Assembly (NCBI GenBank): GCA_009602735.1
Contig: WELA01002665.1
Location: 61,711-100,494, forward strand
Direction of reading: 5' to 3'
DNA from: Mesotaenium endlicherianum
Lineage: Eukaryota
DNA length: 38,784 bases
Shown here: piece by piece, positions 1-12,400 of the stretch
Position numbering within the stretch: the stretch's first letter is position 1
Layout of the letters: every line of letters begins with the position of its first letter
The notes under the pieces: model-generated
What the model was told of the DNA's origin: nothing
Databases searched by the model: none
The model's input: the letters and a program-made list of their open reading frames with translations, nothing else
Program-made: the position numbers and the translations under genes

Positions 1-1474
1 CCCATCCTCCCACCCTCCCCCGGCCCCATCTCCGTCACCGTCATCGTCGCTGTCGCCGTCCCCATCTCCGCCTCCATCCCCGCGCTCGCCGCCGCCCCCG
101 CCACAATCTCCGTTTGCATTTGCAACCTGTACGTCTGTATTGTTGTCACCCTGCCTGCCTGCTGCCTATTCCCCAGACACGCTGTCTCCCCGTCGTGAGT
201 CACCGCGAATCACATCGTCTAAACGGACCGGCGGCTGGAGAGGAAGATCCTCAAGGGGTAAGACCTGGTCTTCTCCCAAAACTGTAACGTCGGAGTCACT
301 GCTGACCACGCTGTCGCAGTCAGTGACGTCCTCGCTGCTATTGAGGCCGCGTGTTTGTCTGGGTCCAACTCGCCGGCAACCGACTCGTCGTGGTCGGCAG
401 CAGCAGGCTCGTTGGGGTCGGCAGCAAGATCGTCGGCGTCGGCAGTAGCAGGCTCCTCGGGCTTGGGAGGAGACTCGTTCGGTTCAGCAGCGGTAGATTC
501 GTCAGGTTTGACAGCTGACATGTCGGAGTCGGCAGCAGTAAAATTGTCGTGGTTGCAGGCCAAGCTGTCATGGCTGGGTTTAGACTCATCGTTTTGCATG
601 TACAAAATATGAGGGAGGGCAAAAGAAGACATGGGAGGGGGGGAATAGGGATGCTGCTGCCTCACCGTGGCCACGGACTGCTGGTCCAGGTGGCGGTTCA
701 GGAGCGACAGCAGTTTCTCCGTGCTGGGAGCTCGCGCCAGCTGGTTGATCGGCGTCTTCTTGTCCTGCTCAGCGTCAGACGCGACACATATCCAGCCGTC
801 CACCTTGACAGCTCGTCAGCAGCAGGAGCGGGTGTGCGCGCGCACATGCCTGTGCGTGTGCGTAAGTGCGTGCACACGTACGTGCGAGCGCGCTCTCGTG
901 CGATTCTNGGAGCAGAGCATGGGCAAGGTGGGCAAAAAAATGAACCCTTATCACTTTTTTTGCGTTGCTTGTTAACGTGAAGCGGCAATGGCCAAAACTT
1001 AACACATTTAAGCGTTGGCAAGTACGCTGCCTACTCAGATTGAAACCTTCGATGTCCAATGGACACACAATACTGGCACCTGGACGGTATGGCCGTGACG
1101 ATAGCCGCGGCCAAAAACGAAACAAAAGCAACCAGGCTTCTCCAAAATTTGTACAAGGCCAAGGGCCAATCCGAGCCGTCGGATGGTGGTTGCGAAACCC
1201 AGCAAACCAATGAACGTGCAGCGAGGGGCGACGACTTGTCACGACCCCCCTTTGCACACTCTCACTAACAACAACGATCGAGCAACAGGGGTCGGGCATG
1301 TGAGGGCCACCCCCTTTACCCGACGACGTGGACTCAAGATGAAAATTGAAACTCGAAATGAGACTCAAAGAGTCAAATTTTATTTATTTTGAACTTGTTT
1401 CTCCACAATACCGTTATTGGCGCGTCTAGCCAAATAAGCCAACCAATCGCGACGAAGTGGCCAATTGTCACAAC

Positions 1475-1552
<78 letters not shown>

Positions 1553-3330
1553 TGATTCAGTTCTTAGCAGAAGCAAATATGCTTGGGAAAATGAGAATTG
1601 AGAAGGAAAAAAAAATACAGACAATAGTATGACAACAAGTTGTTGAAAAGAAAAGAAAAAAAAGCTTTTCTGCCGAGCACGTGCCAAAAAGTACAAACAT
1701 GTACAACATGTATGACATTACGTTGACACATAAAGTCCGTGTTGTTTTTTGAATAAATATAATATATAAGTTAAAATTCACACGAACTAAGCGAACAAAG
1801 CACTAAAATAACACGAACATTAACAAACAAGCAAACTCCAAAACTAAGCGTACTTGCAAACGGCATAACCTTGGTGGCAGCCGCAACAGTTGCTTCGGCA
1901 GCCGCAGCTGCCAGAGCAGCAGGCGGGCCGCGGCAGCAGTTGTTGGGGCAGGGGCAGAGGTAAAGGCAGCCGCACCTCCTAGTGCAGGAGTAGCAGCAAC
2001 AACAACACCAACTCTAGCAGCCCCAGCAGCGCCAGCACCGACTGCAATGGCAGCAACAGTAGCCACAGCAGCTACAGCCACAGCAGCTGCAGCAGCCACA
2101 ATTGCACCAGCCAGTGGAAGGCCACCAGTTGGCAGCAGCACGGGTCTGCCCAGGCCCCTGCCCCTCCGCAGCAGCAGTAGCAGGGGCAGGAGCGGGCGCA
2201 TCCCACTGTTTCCGTCACTCTCATGTTGCACTTGCAACTTTCGCCGCAGCCAGAGAACTGAGTGTAGCCAGTGCTGCGTAGCCAGGTGGTACGAGCCTTG
2301 CTCGGGCTCTCCTCTGATGGGCGCCACTGCAAGTGCCCTCCTGCGCTGTCCCTAATAGCATTGTCGCCGCAGGTGCCCCCCTGGCAATTCCTCACGTTGT
2401 TGGCGCCGCCGCTGCTGCTGCCGCGCCTGCTACGTCTTTCGCTACGGCCAAAGCGCCGCAAACCCAGGCGTTGGCTGGGCAGCCCCCTCTCCCTTCCTCC
2501 TCTTTGCTCATCCCCCCGCACTCTCTCAATCTCAAGCTTTACAACCCCATGCAATTGTTTTTCTCTGCGTGAGACGAAGGTAGTGGGCATGAGGCCCACG
2601 ATAGCCGCTGAGAGGGAGAGGGCAAGGGCAACGTCGGGGGAGGGGGCCAGGGTAGAGGCAGAGACCGAGGCGGTGTAGCAAAGAGCCGCCTGGTGGCAGC
2701 AGGCGAGCAGCACTTGGCGGCTGCGCTGCCTCTGAGTTGCTGTCACGTTTGTTGGCGGTGCCTCCAAGGGGTCAGCCAGCGGCCTTTTGGGGTCAAGCGG
2801 GTGGTCAGCTGGCTAGTTAATGCGCTGCTCAACCATCAAGTCAACGAATTCCTTACCTTGGTCAACGGGCCAATAAATGGACTGGTCAACTTGACGGTCT
2901 AGTAACTGACAAAAGGGCGATCTTCATCAGTGGGATGCAAGAGAATGGTCCAGGGTCACGGATGGAGCGGCTTGGGTGGGCGGCAGCGGGCGAAGCGTCT
3001 CCCCCTCAAGAGGGTGCCGTACAGCGGGCAGTTCCAGGTGGCGGCGGCGGGGTTGGCGGCTGTTATAGACCTCGCCGAGCGGTGGTTTCCCACGTCAGCA
3101 ACGCCGCGGGCCGCGCAAATGCGCGCATGTGGTGCAGCGGCAGTGGTAGCATGACCCCAAGCGATGCGTGCTGGAGGATGTAGAGGAGGGGGCAAAGTGG
3201 GAGGGGAGGAGGCCAAAGGGGAGGAGGAGGAGGAGACGAAGGGGGGAGGAAGTGGGGGGGGAAGGAAAGGGGAGGAGGAGGAGGGGAAGGAGGAACGCTC
3301 ACAGTTGACATCAATCAATGCCTGTCAATG
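1..3330 (-). pseudogene. Degenerate coding-like relic(s), possibly TE-derived, with stops and frameshifts
   Basis: Minus-strand frames read like protein but are broken: acidic AADxDE repeats (~330-600) switch frame into SSEDVTDCDSVVSSDSDVTVLGED; VDQSIYWPVDQGKEFVDLMVEQRIN* has an in-frame stop near 2812 before ORF 2072-2767. No domain recognised. Confidence 0.25.
1475..1552. repeat. Compound microsatellite (CT)n(AT)n
   Basis: Read directly from the sequence. Confidence 0.95.
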
Positions 3331-4004
3331 CCAAGCAACTCTAAGCAACACAGGTTGACCAAGCGAGACCAGTTGACATTACCAGTCAGCACGAAGCCAC
3401 CACGTGAGCCCAAATCCAGCCAACATACCACGCCCAAACACACACCAGCCTCCAAAATATGCCACCAACATTACCACCAGTCCCCACCACCAGCCAACAA
3501 TAGCAGCCAAGAACCACCGTAAACCCGACGTTGAGGCGGGAGTGAAGGCCTCACACAAAGTAAAAGAGGCATTTCTTGCGAGGCCGCAGTCCCTCTGCAA
3601 CGTCGGGTCTCACTCATGCCCACCGGCTGGCTGGCTGGCAGCTGGCTGCCCCTATCTGAGAGTTACAATCATCATTGCAGTGACAATTTCAGCACATCCA
3701 CACCACGTCCACATAGACAAACCCCGTTTGTGCCTGATGCACTCCTTCGCTCGCAACGTTTGGGCACTTGAGTTGACAGGCAACAATTGCGGCAGGGAAG
3801 GAGTTGCGGCAGGGTACGGACATGCATGGCCCAGGCCCTAACATTGGCCCACAAACAGATAGCATCATAGCCTATGGCTCGCAAGTTGTGCGCTAAGTTG
3901 GCAACTGCACTAGGGAAGGACGTGGCTTAGCCCGCAATTGGCCCAGCTCGCGAATTGGGTGGGATGAGCTGGCAGCTGCACCAGAGAAGCACGCTCAGGG
4001 AGTC

Positions 4005-4261
4005 TACCCTACCCTAGCTTTGCCTAACCTAGCCCTACCCTGACCCTACCCTACCCTAGCCCTGCCCTAGCCTAGCCCTAGAATAGTCCTACCTACCCTA
4101 CCCTACCCTAGCTTAGTCTAGATTAGCCAAGGTTAGTCTAGCCTAGTCTAACCCTAGTCTAGCCTAGCCTAGCCTAGTATAGCCAAATTCAGTCTAGCCT
4201 ACCCTAGCCTACCCTAGCCCTACCCTAGCCCTAGCCTACCCTAGCCTAGCCCTAGTCTAGG
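4005..4261. repeat. Degenerate pentamer satellite (CCTAG/CCTAC/TCTAG)n
   Basis: About 250 bp made almost wholly of ccctac/cctag/ctagt units. Confidence 0.85.
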
Positions 4262-5708
4262 CTTTGATGATTGTTATCTCCGCAATGATCCAAGTATGAT
4301 GCGGCCTGTGGCAATTTGCGCGTGTTGTGATCCGCACATACGCGTGCCAAGTGGCATGCATATGGCTCACCTGCACAATTACACACGACAAGGCGTGCAT
4401 GTCAAGGCCTTCCCGGAGGCTAACTCTTAGTGTATGTATAGCGGGTGACAAGTGGCAGAGCCAGGTGCAGGGCAAGTGAGTCGTGCCTGCTATATTGATG
4501 TTGCAGGGTATATATGTGTACATATAATATTCAATGACGTGAATATGGCTCTCGACATGTCGTGCATCTTTTGCCAAATTGGCCCTGCTGCCACCTGTCT
4601 ACATAAGCTTTCAATAGAGTGCGTGTTTGACCAACCTGTGCAAAAGAGTGATCCCGGGTCCTTAAAGAAGAGTCATTGGCAGCTACTTGTCCCCTTACAG
4701 AGGCCCTTTTTTTTTCTTTTTTCTTGTTTTGAGCCTGTACTCCTGTGAATTTGTGCTCTTTTGGGCCTTGGCTAGGGGTGGACTCTTTTGCTTGATAGAC
4801 CAGCGCTTATTATACAATGAGAAAATATAACGAGCTTGATGAGCCCTCCGACCAGATCAACATCCCCCCCCCCCTCCCGGCCTACATAATGCACACTAGC
4901 TAAACGTGCTCTTAGTGTATTACTTATTACTTTTGACTCGTTACTAATGAAATTTGTAATATCTTGCTTATCAGGCCAGCTTCCAGGTATTGTTGATGTA
5001 TAGCTTCTTGCATGCATTATTTAAGAAGCTTTTTTGCCCAGGATGCAGGCCATATTGTTCTCATTGTGCTTGCATGCTGAAAGTCCTGCACGTACTTATG
5101 TGTGTGCGCCATACAGAGCGGTTATGTACGCGGCACGCCAGTGGGTACTGGAAAAGCTTTCAAATTCCTTGCACAGCAATTTGCTTCTAGTACGTGGCAT
5201 TGTAATGAACAGGGAGTTAAGACGTGGCACCAATTTACTAAGTATTATGTTTGGACATACAGTCATACAGCACCAAGAGACGCACAAGTAACTCCTTATA
5301 CTTGTCCTTGCACTTGTCCCGCAAGTGTTTTCCCAACTTGTTCCATTTTCCCTCAGCGTCCACAGCGTCCACCTCCACCTGCGCGTCTTGCACTGCGTCA
5401 TACTCACCTCTAACTCAATAACACGCACTGGCTGATTCTTTACATCTGGCAGATCGATAGGCGCGCACCATCATATGGATGACGATACTAAACTTCCTCA
5501 CATGTTTACAGCAAGTTGATTGTGCTCATGGGGCGTGATCTTTGAAACAAAGACGAGTTCATGTCTACAAATCTGCTCCGCTACCTTATATGCTATACCT
5601 TGATTCTTGTTTTCAGGGGTCAATTAGAGCCTCAACCTCTGCCCGCTCTCGTACATTGCTCACGCGCTGAATGAAAAGCAAAAGAGCAAAGTAGGGGGTC
5701 TTAACACC

Positions 5709-6459
5709 CTAACATTCAGACTGGCGAGAGCTGTCCCCTACCAACATTTTGGTCGTCAAAGCTTTGTCTACAGGGGGCACTGTCACTGGCACTGGCACTG
5801 CCGCTGCAGCCCCTGCCCCAGCCCCAGCCCCACCCCCATCTGCATGCGTTGACGCCGCGATTACAGCCCCAGTTACGAGAGTACCCTCCGCAAACACAAG
5901 TTCGGTGGCGGGCACGGCAGCTTTAGCTTCAGCAGTCGCAGCTGCAGTAGCTGCAGCTGCCGCCGATGTATCTACTTCTGTGCTGCCGCTGGTGCTGCTG
6001 CTGTCGCCGCTGCTGCTGGCGCTGCTGCTGTCGCTGCTGCTGCCGCTGCTGCTGCCGCTGGTGCTGCTGCTGTCGCTGCTGCTGCCGCCCCCCCGCCGCC
6101 TGCTGCTTGCCTTCTTCGGTCTCGCCTTTGGACCTACCCCAACCCCTGCTGCCCCTGCTTCCCCCGCGCCCACCGCCGCCCGCGCGCCGCCCGCGCCCCA
6201 GCGCGCGTGGAAGACCTCGTCCTTGCACGCCAGCATCTGGTTCAGGCTGCACCTGGCGGCGGCCGCAGCGGTGGCGGCGGCGCCGCCGCCATTGTTGCCG
6301 CTGTTGCCACCCCCGNTGGCGCGCAGGAGGGCCTCGTGGCGCGCGCGGATGCGGCGCTCGAGGCTGTAGCCGAAGAAGAGGGGGAAGCGCAGCAGCTCCT
6401 CCTTGCGGCGCCCCATGGGGCCCACCAGGTAGGCGTACTTGCGTTGCATCGTCGGCAGG
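5709..6459 (-). CDS. mTERF gene terminal exon
   Basis: tgcag|(S)[41 protein letters not shown]...[18 protein letters not shown] plus a Ser/Ala-rich tail; TAG at 5711-5709; single N at 6316. Confidence 0.88.
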
Positions 6460-9437
6460 CTGCACGTGCGCGCGCAGACAGACACAAAGCGCACGCGCAC
6501 ACGCACGACATACCGCACGCACGCAGAAAGTGCACGAACGAACAAAGAAAGCGCACATACGCACGCATAAAGAAGGCGCATGCACGCACGCGCACACGCA
6601 AGCACGCACGCGCACACGCAAGCACGCACGCACAAACGCCACGTGTCAGACGGCGCGCACAACACTAGCGGCACAAGAGCAGCACGCAACCCCCGGGGGG
6701 ACACCGCGTGTTTGGAGACGCAGACGCTCGGAGATACCTCTGACGAGACAGACAATTACGAGTCCTTCTCTAATATGTATACGCCGCCGTGCGCCGACGC
6801 CGCAGTCGCACCACGCATGTGCCACATGGCACATGGCACACGCTCCAGATGGCCCACCGCATGGCGCTGGCTCACTCACTCAGTGACACTCGGGGAGTGC
6901 TGCGACGCTCGGACTCTCCCAGTCGCTCGATCAGCCAGCCGCTCGCTGGGTTACTCGGAGACTCTCGGAGGAGTCTTGACACATAAGTTTGCACCGGGTA
7001 TGGAGGGCGTAGGGTTTTAGGAGCTTCCGAGGGGGCTCAGGGCAGTGCAGAGGGTCCGAATCCGGGCGCCACTCGGGAGCTTTCAGTCGCTCGATTGCTC
7101 AATTGCTCAATTGCTCCATCACTCGGTAAGACTCTCTGACACTCTCGACGTTCTCGAAAGCTCTTGACAGTTGCGTTGGAGGATGGAGGGTGTAGTGTCT
7201 TCATTTTTAGGGTTGAAGGGGCTCCAAGAGGGAAGGGGGGGGGNNNNNNNNNNNNNNNNNNNNNNNAAGAGGGAAGGGGGGGGGTGGGGGGGGGAGGAGG
7301 TTTACTGTGTAGGGTGCACTGCTTCGTCAAGACACGTTTTTGCTGAGTTTTCGAGAGCTTGCGCACGCGCTTGCTCCCAGATCCCCTTGCTGGAGGGATC
7401 TGGTTTGTGCGACCTCAGGGTGTGGATTTAGGGTCTGACGGTTCCAAAGCTGAGGGTTCTGGATTTTCCATCTGCAGCCTAATTGCTGCTGCAAATGCTT
7501 GGGGTTAGGGTCGGGACCAGGGGCCAGGGTCTGCTTGGGGTCCTTTCACACGGCAGCAGCTTGTTCTTCTGGATGCAAAACCTTGACAGGTGGCAGGCTG
7601 CATCACAAGCTCACACACGTGCGCGTGCGCACGAGAGATTCTCGATGCTTAGGGTAACTGCCATTGAGTTTCGGGTTTGGATACGGCAACAGAGTACGAG
7701 TTGAGCCACGTCTAGGGTTACGCTCAGGGCTGGATTTAGGGTTAGAATTAGGATCAGGGTGCCCAAAGCTCCCCACGGCTTGCAGGGCTCTGAAAACTCT
7801 CTGAGGGCGGCCTTGTCCTTCCGCATTGTACACCATACCGATCAAAGATACCGTACCATACCCAATCTCTGCACGTGTGCTCATTTGATGACGGCACTCA
7901 CATCTGCAGGCGAATTGCCGTCGGAAAAAACTCTAAGAAGCATTGGGGCTTTCAGGGCGCACATCTTAGATTTTGGATTTAGGGTTTGAGAGTCGGGGGG
8001 TTTAGGGGGGTTGGGGCTTGAAAGCTCCCGGGTGCTCCCTAACACCATTTTGTGCAATAAGCCCCCCTCCCCCGCACATCCACCGGCTATGCCGTTGACA
8101 AGTGGCGCAAGCTCATTCATTGTGCTGGAGGTTGAGATTGATAGATTCTGTCTCTAAACACATTCTGTTCTCCCCCCCCCTTCAACCCCCGGCGCCCGCC
8201 CCCCAATCCCGCTCTTCCATTTCCCCACCTTCCCCCCCCCTCTTCCCNNNNNNNNNNNNNNNNNNNNNNNNNNNNNNNNNNNNNNNNNNNNNNNNNNNNN
8301 NNNNNNNNNNNNNNNNNNNNNNNNNNNNNNNNNNNNNNNNNNNNNNNNNNNNNNNNNNNNNNNNNNNNNNNNNNNNNNNNNNNNNNNNNNNNNNNNNNNN
8401 NNNNNNNNNNNNNNNNNNNNNNNNNNNNNNNNNNNNNNNNNNNNNNNNNNNNNNNNNNNNNNNNNNNNNNNNNNNNNNNNNNNNNNNNNNNNNNNNNNNN
8501 NNNNNNNNNNNNNNNNNNNNNNNNNNNNNNNNNNNNNNNNNNNNNNNNNNNNNNNNNNNNNNNNNNNNNNNNNNNNNNNNNNNNNNNNNNNNNNNNNNNN
8601 NNNNNNNNNNNNNNNNNNNNNNNNNNNNNNNNNNNNNNNNNNNNNNNNNNNNNNNNNNNNNNNNNNNNNNNNNNNNNNNNNNNNNNNNNNNNNNNNNNNN
8701 NNNNNNNNNNNNNNNNNNNNNNNNNNNNNNNNNNNNNNNNNNNNNNNNNNNNNNNNNNNNNNNNNNNNNNNNNNNNNNNNNNNNNNNNNNNNNNNNNNNN
8801 NNNNNNNNNNNNNNNNNNNNNNNNNNNNNNNNNNNNNNNNNNNNNNNNNNNNNNNNNNNNNNNNNNNNNNNNNNNNNNNNNNNNNNNNNNNNNNNNNNNN
8901 NNNNNNNNNNNNNNNNNNNNNNNNNNNNNNNNNNNNNNNNNNNNNNNNNNNNNNNNNNNNNNNNNNNNNNNNNNNNNNNNNNNNNNNNNNNNNNNNNNNN
9001 NNNNNNNNNNNNNNNNNNNNNNNNNNNNNNNNNNNNNNNNNNNNNNNNNNNNNNNNNNNNNNNNNNNNNNNNNNNNNNNNNNNNNNNNNNNNNNNNNNNN
9101 NNNNNNNNNNNNNNNNNNNNNNNNNNNNNNNNNNNNNNNNNNNNNNNNNNNNNNNNNNNNNNNNNNNNNNNNNNNNNNNNNNNNNNNNNNNNNNNNGGGG
9201 GGTGGTGATGCTTGCGCAAGGGGGTGGTGCTGTTTTGCGCATGCATGCGGAGAAGGCATGGTTGAGTGGGCTTGCAATTGGGACCGCGCACGTACGCGCC
9301 GGGGTGTCTGTGCGCGCGCGTGCGAGACACATGCATGCGCACGTGCATTAAGAGAGACAAGCGGAGACGCGTACTTGCACGCGCGCATGCACGCAAGGCT
9401 TGCATATACATATGCCAAAAACTTATGCTCACACGCG

Positions 9438-9478
<41 letters not shown>

Positions 9479-12400
9479 ACACACACACACTTACAGGAAC
9501 GGATTCAGCACCGTCGACACATACATTCGCGTCAGCACATGCACGCACACACACGCATGCCCAAACACGTGCATCACGTGCGCAAGCGAGGGTGTGTCAG
9601 GAGGCAGCCTGACGTTATTCGGAAAGAGCACGCGACGCCTTGCACGGCTGCATGTAAGCGCAGATTCCGCACAACGTAGTAAAAATACAACGACCTGCAT
9701 CCGCATGACAGCATAGGTCCCTATTCACGCATGCACAAAAGGAGGATGGGGAGCGAGGGAAGGAGGGTGGCAGGGAGGGCGAGGAAGAGGGAGAGGGAAG
9801 GAGGAGAGAGGGAGCGAGGGAGGGAGGGAGGGAGGGAGGGAGGGAGTAAAATGTTAGGCATGTTCCACAGTGGGGGGTGAAGTGTTTCATTAGGCTTAGG
9901 GGCCGAAGACAAGGTGGGGCGTGGCCGCCGGGACGAGGCGCAGCTCCGTGTGGGCCTCAGGCTGACTTTCAGGGTTTATTACAGGGCGGGGGGGTGTATC
10001 TTAGAATCAGGGTTAGGGTGTGCGTGTAGGCTGCGTCCAGGCAAAGGAGACAATTGGGGGCATGGCGACAAAGATGGGGCCGCTGCTTAAAGCTGGGCTC
10101 AAACACTCGGGTTTGGCAACCGGGAGAAGGGCTCGGGAGCGAGAACTGGAGGTGGCGTGGGGTCTTTTGAGTTTAAGGGCGGAGGACAGCTGGGGTGTGG
10201 GCGACGAGGAGGACGGGGCGCAGCTGCGCTTGGGGCCTGGGCTGGCACGTAGGAGTAGGAATCTGGGGCAAGGGCTAGGTTTGGAATTCTTGGGCTGAGT
10301 CTTGAGACAGGATAGAGTTCAGAGTTTCCAGTTTAGGTTTTCGGGTTAAAAAGGTTTCGGGTCAGGGTTCGGAGTTCAGGGTTCAGGGTTCAGGGAGTTT
10401 GAGGGCGGAGGCTACCTGGGGCTTGGCGACGAGAATGGGCCGCAGCTGCGCGAGGCCGCCCACCTTGGATGCCAGGAACACCGCCGTCGGCTTCAGGTTG
10501 GACTCGATGCTGCCCGCCCGCAGACGCGGGTTTAGGGTTTAGGCGTGTCAGCGTTTGAAGCTCAGGGTTGAGGGCTTGGGGCTTGGGGTTTAATCAGCTC
10601 CTAACGTGGAGAATTTGGCAGGGCTTTTGACGTAAGCCCTGGGCCCATTCCCCAGGCCTGAACCCTAACTTTAATAACCACAAACTCAAACGAGCCCCGC
10701 CCGCCCCCCCTCACCTGCAGCCCAGAAGCATGGGCGCCTTGCTGACGACGCGCGCGATCTCGGGCGGCGACAGCCCCAGGGAGCGCAGGAACTCAACACT
10801 TGGCGCAATAGCGTCCGCCACCTCGAGGCCCATCACCTGCGGGAAGCCGCGCACGATCTTGCGCATGCCAGCTGGCGGGATGCCGAGGGATGCCAGGTAG
10901 GACAGCGTGGGCCGAATGTTGCCCTGCAGTCCCCCCTCCTCCGCAAAATGAAGAAAGGAAGGAAACGGAAAGAGCATAAGACCGCAAAAAAGAAAAGGAG
11001 AGAAAATAGATATGACTTTTAAGGAGGTGCAAATGGCGCAGGCTGAGCAAGGAATTGTGTAACATATCATATTCAATGAAGAAAGAAGCAGGCTTCATTG
11101 AGCCTCCTTCTCCTTCTCCTTCCCGACTCCTGGTTCCCAGCGAGGCAGGGGCGCTAGGGGCAAGAAGTTGGAGTGTCTCAGGCAAGGAGGCACCGCCTCG
11201 CGGCAGAGCGCACGCGGGCGGGGGGGGCATTGTGCCGCGATGGACGAGCAATCTCTTGCGCGCAGGGAGGTGCTTGTGGACAGACGGAAGTGCGCTAGTC
11301 TGCAAGTACAGGGAGCAGGGAGGAGAGGGGCCAGCATGTAAGCTGTGAGGAGGTTGAGCGCTTCAGATTCAGAGTTCAAAGCTTTGCGCATAGGGTTTAG
11401 GGGGGAAGGGGGGGGGAGGGGTGTTTTGAGTACAGAGAGCACGGAGGCTATGAGGGAGAGGAAGGAGGGGGTTCCGGAGGGGTGGGGTNNNNNNNNNNNN
11501 NNNNNNNNNNNNNNNNNNNNNNNNNNNNNNNNNNNNNNNNNNNNNNNNNNNNNNNNNNNNNNNNNNNNNNNNNNNNNNNNNNNNNNNNNNNNNNNNNNNN
11601 NNNNNNNNNNNNNNNNNNNNNNNNNNNNNNNNNNNNNNNNNNNNGGTACGCGGGGAAGGGGGGGGGGGGTGCTTCAAGCTCTGGCTGTGTTTGTACCCCT
11701 GGCGGAAAGGTGGAATAAGGGAGAAACAAGGGGGAGGGGGGGGGGGATGCGTGGAGTGCATGGCTGCGGTGCCGACACCTGGACGCGCGGGCTGAGGACC
11801 TGCGGGAAGAGCTCTATCACGCGCCCCATGTCCACGCCCTGCCCACCAAAGAAAACACACACACACACACATTTAGCATCCAAATGAGACACCTCCCGGC
11901 CACCGTCACATCATACCAAAGGGTGAGCATGCAGACGACAATGGAGGGTCGAGCGCATCATATGCCGGGTTTCGGGTTTCGGGTCTCGGGTTACGCGTTT
12001 CATGTTTTGCGTTTGCGTCTCAGGTTTCGGTTTTTTGGGTGACGGTATCGATTTTGCGTTCTGGCTTTTTGGGGTTCCCGGGTGACAGGCTCTGCATCAT
12101 ATAGGCGCCGAGGAAGGGCCGTAAAGGCGTGGCGTGGCGTGACGTGGCGCGAACCTCGCAGCTCCTTTGCGGCTGAAGACAGATCCCGCCAGAGTTGCCA
12201 CAGACCCTCCGGGGGGCGCATGTCAAAAAGGGCTTGTCACAGGTCAGGGCTGCAACTCTAGGGTTCAAGAGTACGGGGCCAGGGTTTGGAGTCTGGGGTT
12301 TAGGGTTTGAGCCCCCGGGAGCCGACCCCCACGTCCACCTACTCTGGCAGGAGGGCCCCGCATGTAGGGTCTTTCTATCAAGGGTGAGTAGAAAATGTAG

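Noticed and set aside
1237..1250. TGTCACGACCCCCC resembling the start of a plant Ty3/Gypsy LTR
   Set aside because: No matching LTR end, second LTR, PBS or gag/pol sequence identifiable in the window
5749..6886. Plus-strand Leu/Ala-rich and Cys/Arg-rich ORFs
   Set aside because: Antisense shadows of the GC-rich mTERF terminal exon
6860..7160. Recurrent ACTCGG(A/G)G motifs (and GGTCCGGAA motifs at 37370-37425; 16-bp tandem duplication at 22734-22765)
   Set aside because: Short local slippage repeats with no evident structure or function
7881..7970. KAPMLL peptide with a GTGAGT donor as a possible missing mTERF exon
   Set aside because: No convincing acceptor, the rest does not fit an mTERF repeat, and the donor phase (0) does not match the phase-2 terminal exon
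8102..9490. Long ORFs of 370-457 aa in the track
   Set aside because: Made of X residues from the N gap; artefacts
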